DNA from: Leptogorgia sarmentosa
Taxonomy: Eukaryota
DNA: 64,000 bases
Reading direction: 5' to 3'
NCBI GenBank assembly: GCA_964658305.1
Contig: OZ210885.1
Span: 18,166,001 to 18,230,000, forward strand
Shown here: positions 60,500 through 64,000 of the stretch, piece by piece
How the letters are laid out: each line of letters begins with the position of its first letter
How positions within the stretch are numbered: the stretch's first letter is position 1
The notes under the pieces: model-generated
Told to the model about the DNA's origin: nothing
Databases searched by the model: none
What the model saw: the letters and a program-made list of their open reading frames with translations, nothing else
Program-made: the position numbers and the translations under genes

Positions 60500-62560
60500 G
60501 AGCCATTCATTCACGCTTTTTTCCCCAAACGAAAGCAAAGACGATCTTGTTAACTTTAGCCACAACTACTTTTGCCATGTCTAAGGCTGTTGCCTGGTAC
60601 CAAAAAAGTGATAAACCGAGTGTGTTGACTATCAGTGCTCTCCCTCGAAACGACAGTTGGTGCTGTTTCCAGACACCCAACTGCCGTTCCAACTTTTCCA
60701 CTAAGGTGTTCCGATCGACACCCTCTTCATTCTCTCCCTGTTCAGCAACTGGAAGCCGTCAACATTTAAGTCCTTTTTGATGGCACACGAGATTGTTTCG
60801 GCCACAATGATGTAGAGTAAAGGAGAGAGAGGACACCCCTGATGAACTCTCCGAGTGACACTAAAAGCACCGCTGGTAAAACCATTTACTAAAACACGGG
60901 AAAAGATATTCGTGTATAGGAGCTGGACCCACCCACAGAAGGACGGACCGAAATTCATTTTCTCTAAAACTTGCAGCATGAACCCCCAATCGACCCGATC
61001 AAAAGCCTTTTCTTGATCCAGTGATACGATGGCACCCCCAGTATTATTATTACAATGATTGACTAGATCTTGCAATGCCCTGACATTCAAACCAGAGAAG
61101 CGTCCAGGAACACCACAGGCTTGGGATTCGGAAATAACCGAAGATAAAACGGTACAAGATTTTGTAGTCGGTACACAGAGAGAAATTGGTCGCCAGTTTC
61201 TAACATCTAGCTAATCATTTTTCTTAAATAGGAAGAGATTAAGCCAGTGCGTTGGGAAAAAGAAAGAGCACCTCGTGCCAGGCAATCGTTGTAGACTGCT
61301 ACTAGATCAGGACCCAAAATGTCCCAAAAGGACTGGTGGAACTCATAGGGTAGCCCATCCAGACCCGGAGATTTATTTCATTTAAAAGAATTCAATGCAC
61401 GCTGGCACTCCTGCAGAGTGACCTCTTCTTCACAAACCTGGGCTTCCTCTGCAGACAAAGATTGCTCTAAACTGTTTATGAAAAACGACTGATCCGAGGA
61501 AGATAGAATAGATGCGGAAAAAAGTTGGACATAAAAAATGCACCAAACTCGCAAAATGGTGGATATGGATCTTACTATAGTTCCCTGAGCGTTACGAATG
61601 CCGGTGAACAAGCGCCGCAATGCGCGGACCTTCTCTTGACAAAAAAAGAAAGCAGAGGAAGTTTCACCTTCCTCTGCGCACTGTTCCCTGCCCCGAATGT
61701 GTGCACCTTCTGCTGCATAGTGATGCTCAAGCTCCAGTTTGTCCTGTGCCTCCTTTATTAGATGCACCACATCTTCGCCGTTAGCAACCCGTTGATGAAG
61801 GTGTTCGAGGGTGGATTGCAATTCGGTCATATTCGACCGCCTTGATCGAGCCTTGGCTCGAGAAAAGCGACAGATGATTTCTTTCAGGCGGGCCTTGCCC
61901 GCATCCCACCGGATAGCCAGGGTCGAAAAAGTGTCTTTCTCGGACTGCCACGAGACCCAGAAGTTGCGGACCTCCGCGCACAGTGTCTCATCGCGCAGCA
62001 AAGATGTGTTGAGCTTCCATACACCAGGACCACGTTCCGGTAGTGTTGGAAAGGCTACACGGAGGAAGACATACGAATGGTCCGAGCGAAAAAAGGGAAA
62101 AATGGATACCTCAGATACATGTTCGTGTAATGACGAGAAAATGAAAAACATATCTAGTCGGGATGCCTGGGAGCCATTGGCCCGGTGCCACGTGTAACTC
62201 CGCTTATCTGGGTGCGTTAATCGCCAAGTATCGACCAGATCACACCGATCGGTCAGTGATGAAAGAGAAGCCGGCCAGTTGTATGCCCAAGGAGAGTCTG
62301 GATTGCAACCTAGGCGGTCAATATGGGGGTCCACTACTACATTAAAGTCCCCACACAAAATAGTGGGAAGAGAAGGATCGATTTTGGGATGGAGGGAGGC
62401 AAAAAATTCTTCACCAGCTTGTATCTTATTCGGACCATAGATGTTAGCAACCTGGATAAGAGACTCAAGATCGGTATGTTTCAAACGAGCGACAATAGCA
62501 CGACCGTCTGCGTCTCTGTCTACATGTTCTATTTTAAAGCAAGGCTTGTACAGTAATGCT
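60500..62560 (-). mobile_element. Tx1/L1-clade ORF2 fragment (APE endonuclease + RT), degenerate
   Basis: NIYGPN, CGDFN, SRLDMFF, SDH, GPGVWKLNTSLL, SLDQEKAFDRVDW, QGCPLSPLLY. Confidence 0.9.
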
Positions 62561-62983
62561 ATAGCATTTACGCTGTGTATGGTCAGTGGCTCCGCACTCT
62601 CTGCATGTTGCGTCTTCAATGCAGTCTCGTGCAATGTGGCCCGTTTTGTAACATTTTCGGCATGTTTGCGGTTGTTGGTAGTACCGTATGCATACCTGGT
62701 GTTTGCCGACAAAAACGTATGATGGGATGTCCTTTTTGATTTCCATTACTATTGTTCGTTCCCCTGTGGCCAGTCCGTAGCTGTCATTTACAATTGTGAC
62801 GTCGCCGGTGCGTTTGCCGTATTGGCCCAATACCGTGGTTAAGTCATGTGTCTCGCCGTCAATGGGGTAATTGTAAACATGCACCAGTGCAGTGCATTGA
62901 CGGTTGAAGGTCGGGTTCGGGTGATCGAGGATAAGTCGTTGTCCTCGTGCGGTAATCTTTTTGTTGAGAAACTTGTTATGTGT
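62560..62983 (-). mobile_element. Tx1 ORF1 fragment with two zinc knuckles
   Basis: TGERTIVMEIKKDIPSYV..QPQTCRKCYKTGHIARDC..CRECGATDH. Confidence 0.8.
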
Positions 62984-63124
62984 TACCGAGACAACCCGTG
63001 GCCAGGGCGAAGCAAGCTTCAATCCCATGGCCGAGGTCCAAAAATCAGTTTAATATATGAGTTAGGACATTGCCTAACATATCAGATATTAAGCTGATAA
63101 GAACAGATACTACACTTGATCTTA
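62984..63124 (-). ncRNA. U2: U2 snRNA fragment (about nt 22-163; truncated at both ends)
   Basis: Minus strand TAAGATCAAGTGTAGTATCTGTTCTTATCAGCTTAATATCTGATA (branch-point recognition GTAGTA, stem IIa). Sm site GATTTTTGG. SL III GGCCATGGGATTGAAGCTTGCTTCGCCCTGGCC. Confidence 0.93.
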
Positions 63125-64000
63125 TTTTGTTTTGAACGACGACAGGCTTGTCGACTCCGACGGTGCAATGGAGCCTGGACCCAAACAAGTCGCCGCACCC
63201 AGGGGGGTCACTACAGGTGACGCGGATCGACAGGGGTGGTGAGCCCCTCCCCCGTGCCATGATGCAACCGTGAGTGGATTGCTTCAGGGATCCCTAATGA
63301 TGGTGAAATGGTCAGATGATGATGTTAAGCTAGACAATTACAACAAGAGCAGCAACCCCTACATCAAAACCTGTGCAACCCGCTCGGAACAAGTCCAAGC
63401 GAACCACAGGGCAAAAATTGGAACAAACAGACAACCCAATCCGATACAGGCAGTACAACCAATAAAGGCGACCGTCGAGACCCTAGATCACTACATAGAA
63501 CACAAAGAACGAAAAAGGGAAAAGAGGGAGGGAAGAGAGAAGGGGAACTTAGGTAATAAAGTCCTGAGTAAACCGGATCCAATCCTGCTCAATGAGCGTT
63601 TGTATCAGCCCGTCAGCCAACCACTTGTGAACAAAACTGTCCCGAGGGCAGTGGCGCTTGTGCATGCACACCAGAAAGCGAAAGGTGGTCTTTGCTTTCT
63701 TCAGGGTGGTGGTAACATCTGGGGCAGTGTGGTTGAACCATTGGGCGTTGCGGCTTAGCCAAATGTTGTGTCGTAGCACACCCAGCAGGGCAGAAAAGAC
63801 AACGGGCACATGGATATTGGGAGAGAATCCAAATAAAATAGTATTCGCTGGTAGTGAAGGAGCATTCGGCCGAAATTTACGAAAAATTGACTGGAACCGG
63901 TCGAGGACCGATACCGAAAACGGGCAAGAGCAAACTCTCTTGCGCACCACAAAAGCACAGCGGGTCGACTCTCATGCCAAAACGGACCAGATGATTGGCC
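63125..64000 (-). mobile_element. 3' end of a Tx1-clade LINE joined to U2 (Keno-like)
   Basis: ORF2 C-terminus (ILFGF...RHNIWLSRN...F), ~420-bp 3' UTR, and a short A-rich end CAAAACAAAA abutting the U2 fragment. Confidence 0.75.

Noticed and set aside
62984..63124. Functional U2 gene
   Set aside because: Lacks the first ~21 nt, the 3' stem-loop IV end and any promoter.

Overview
Eukaryotic, AT-rich window made almost entirely of nested transposable elements. The element families suggest a marine invertebrate, probably a cnidarian (inference). No intact host protein gene is visible. From left to right: a 5'-truncated CR1/L2-group LINE is split by an 11.1-kb DNA transposon (543-11680; perfect 42-bp TIRs, AAT TSD). 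That element encodes a Zator-like DDE transposase with 2 SAP and 1 Tudor-like domains, an Ulp1/C48-type protease, and two divergent paralogous proteins with a ubiquitin-like + HMG-box-like + coiled-coil layout. Next is an AcademH-type element (transposase with ankyrin repeats plus RecQ helicase), interrupted by a Kolobok element (THAP-transposase + KolX), which is itself interrupted by a 5-bp-TSD hAT. Two MULE-like elements carry cysteine-protease/deubiquitinase-like domains. There is a DIRS-like retroelement remnant and two hAT elements. One hAT hosts a 5.9-kb GAGGGT-ended element with a 6-bp TSD, whose P-like transposase contains a Cys cluster, a SAP domain and NHL repeats. The window ends with Gypsy/Copia scraps (the Gypsy scrap lies at ~26.8 kb), a pile of Tx1 LINE fragments and a U2 snRNA fragment at a Tx1 3' junction. 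The best candidates for undescribed systems are the Zator-like Ubl/Ulp1 element and the NHL-containing P-like element. All domain calls are by visual motif recognition, not database searches.
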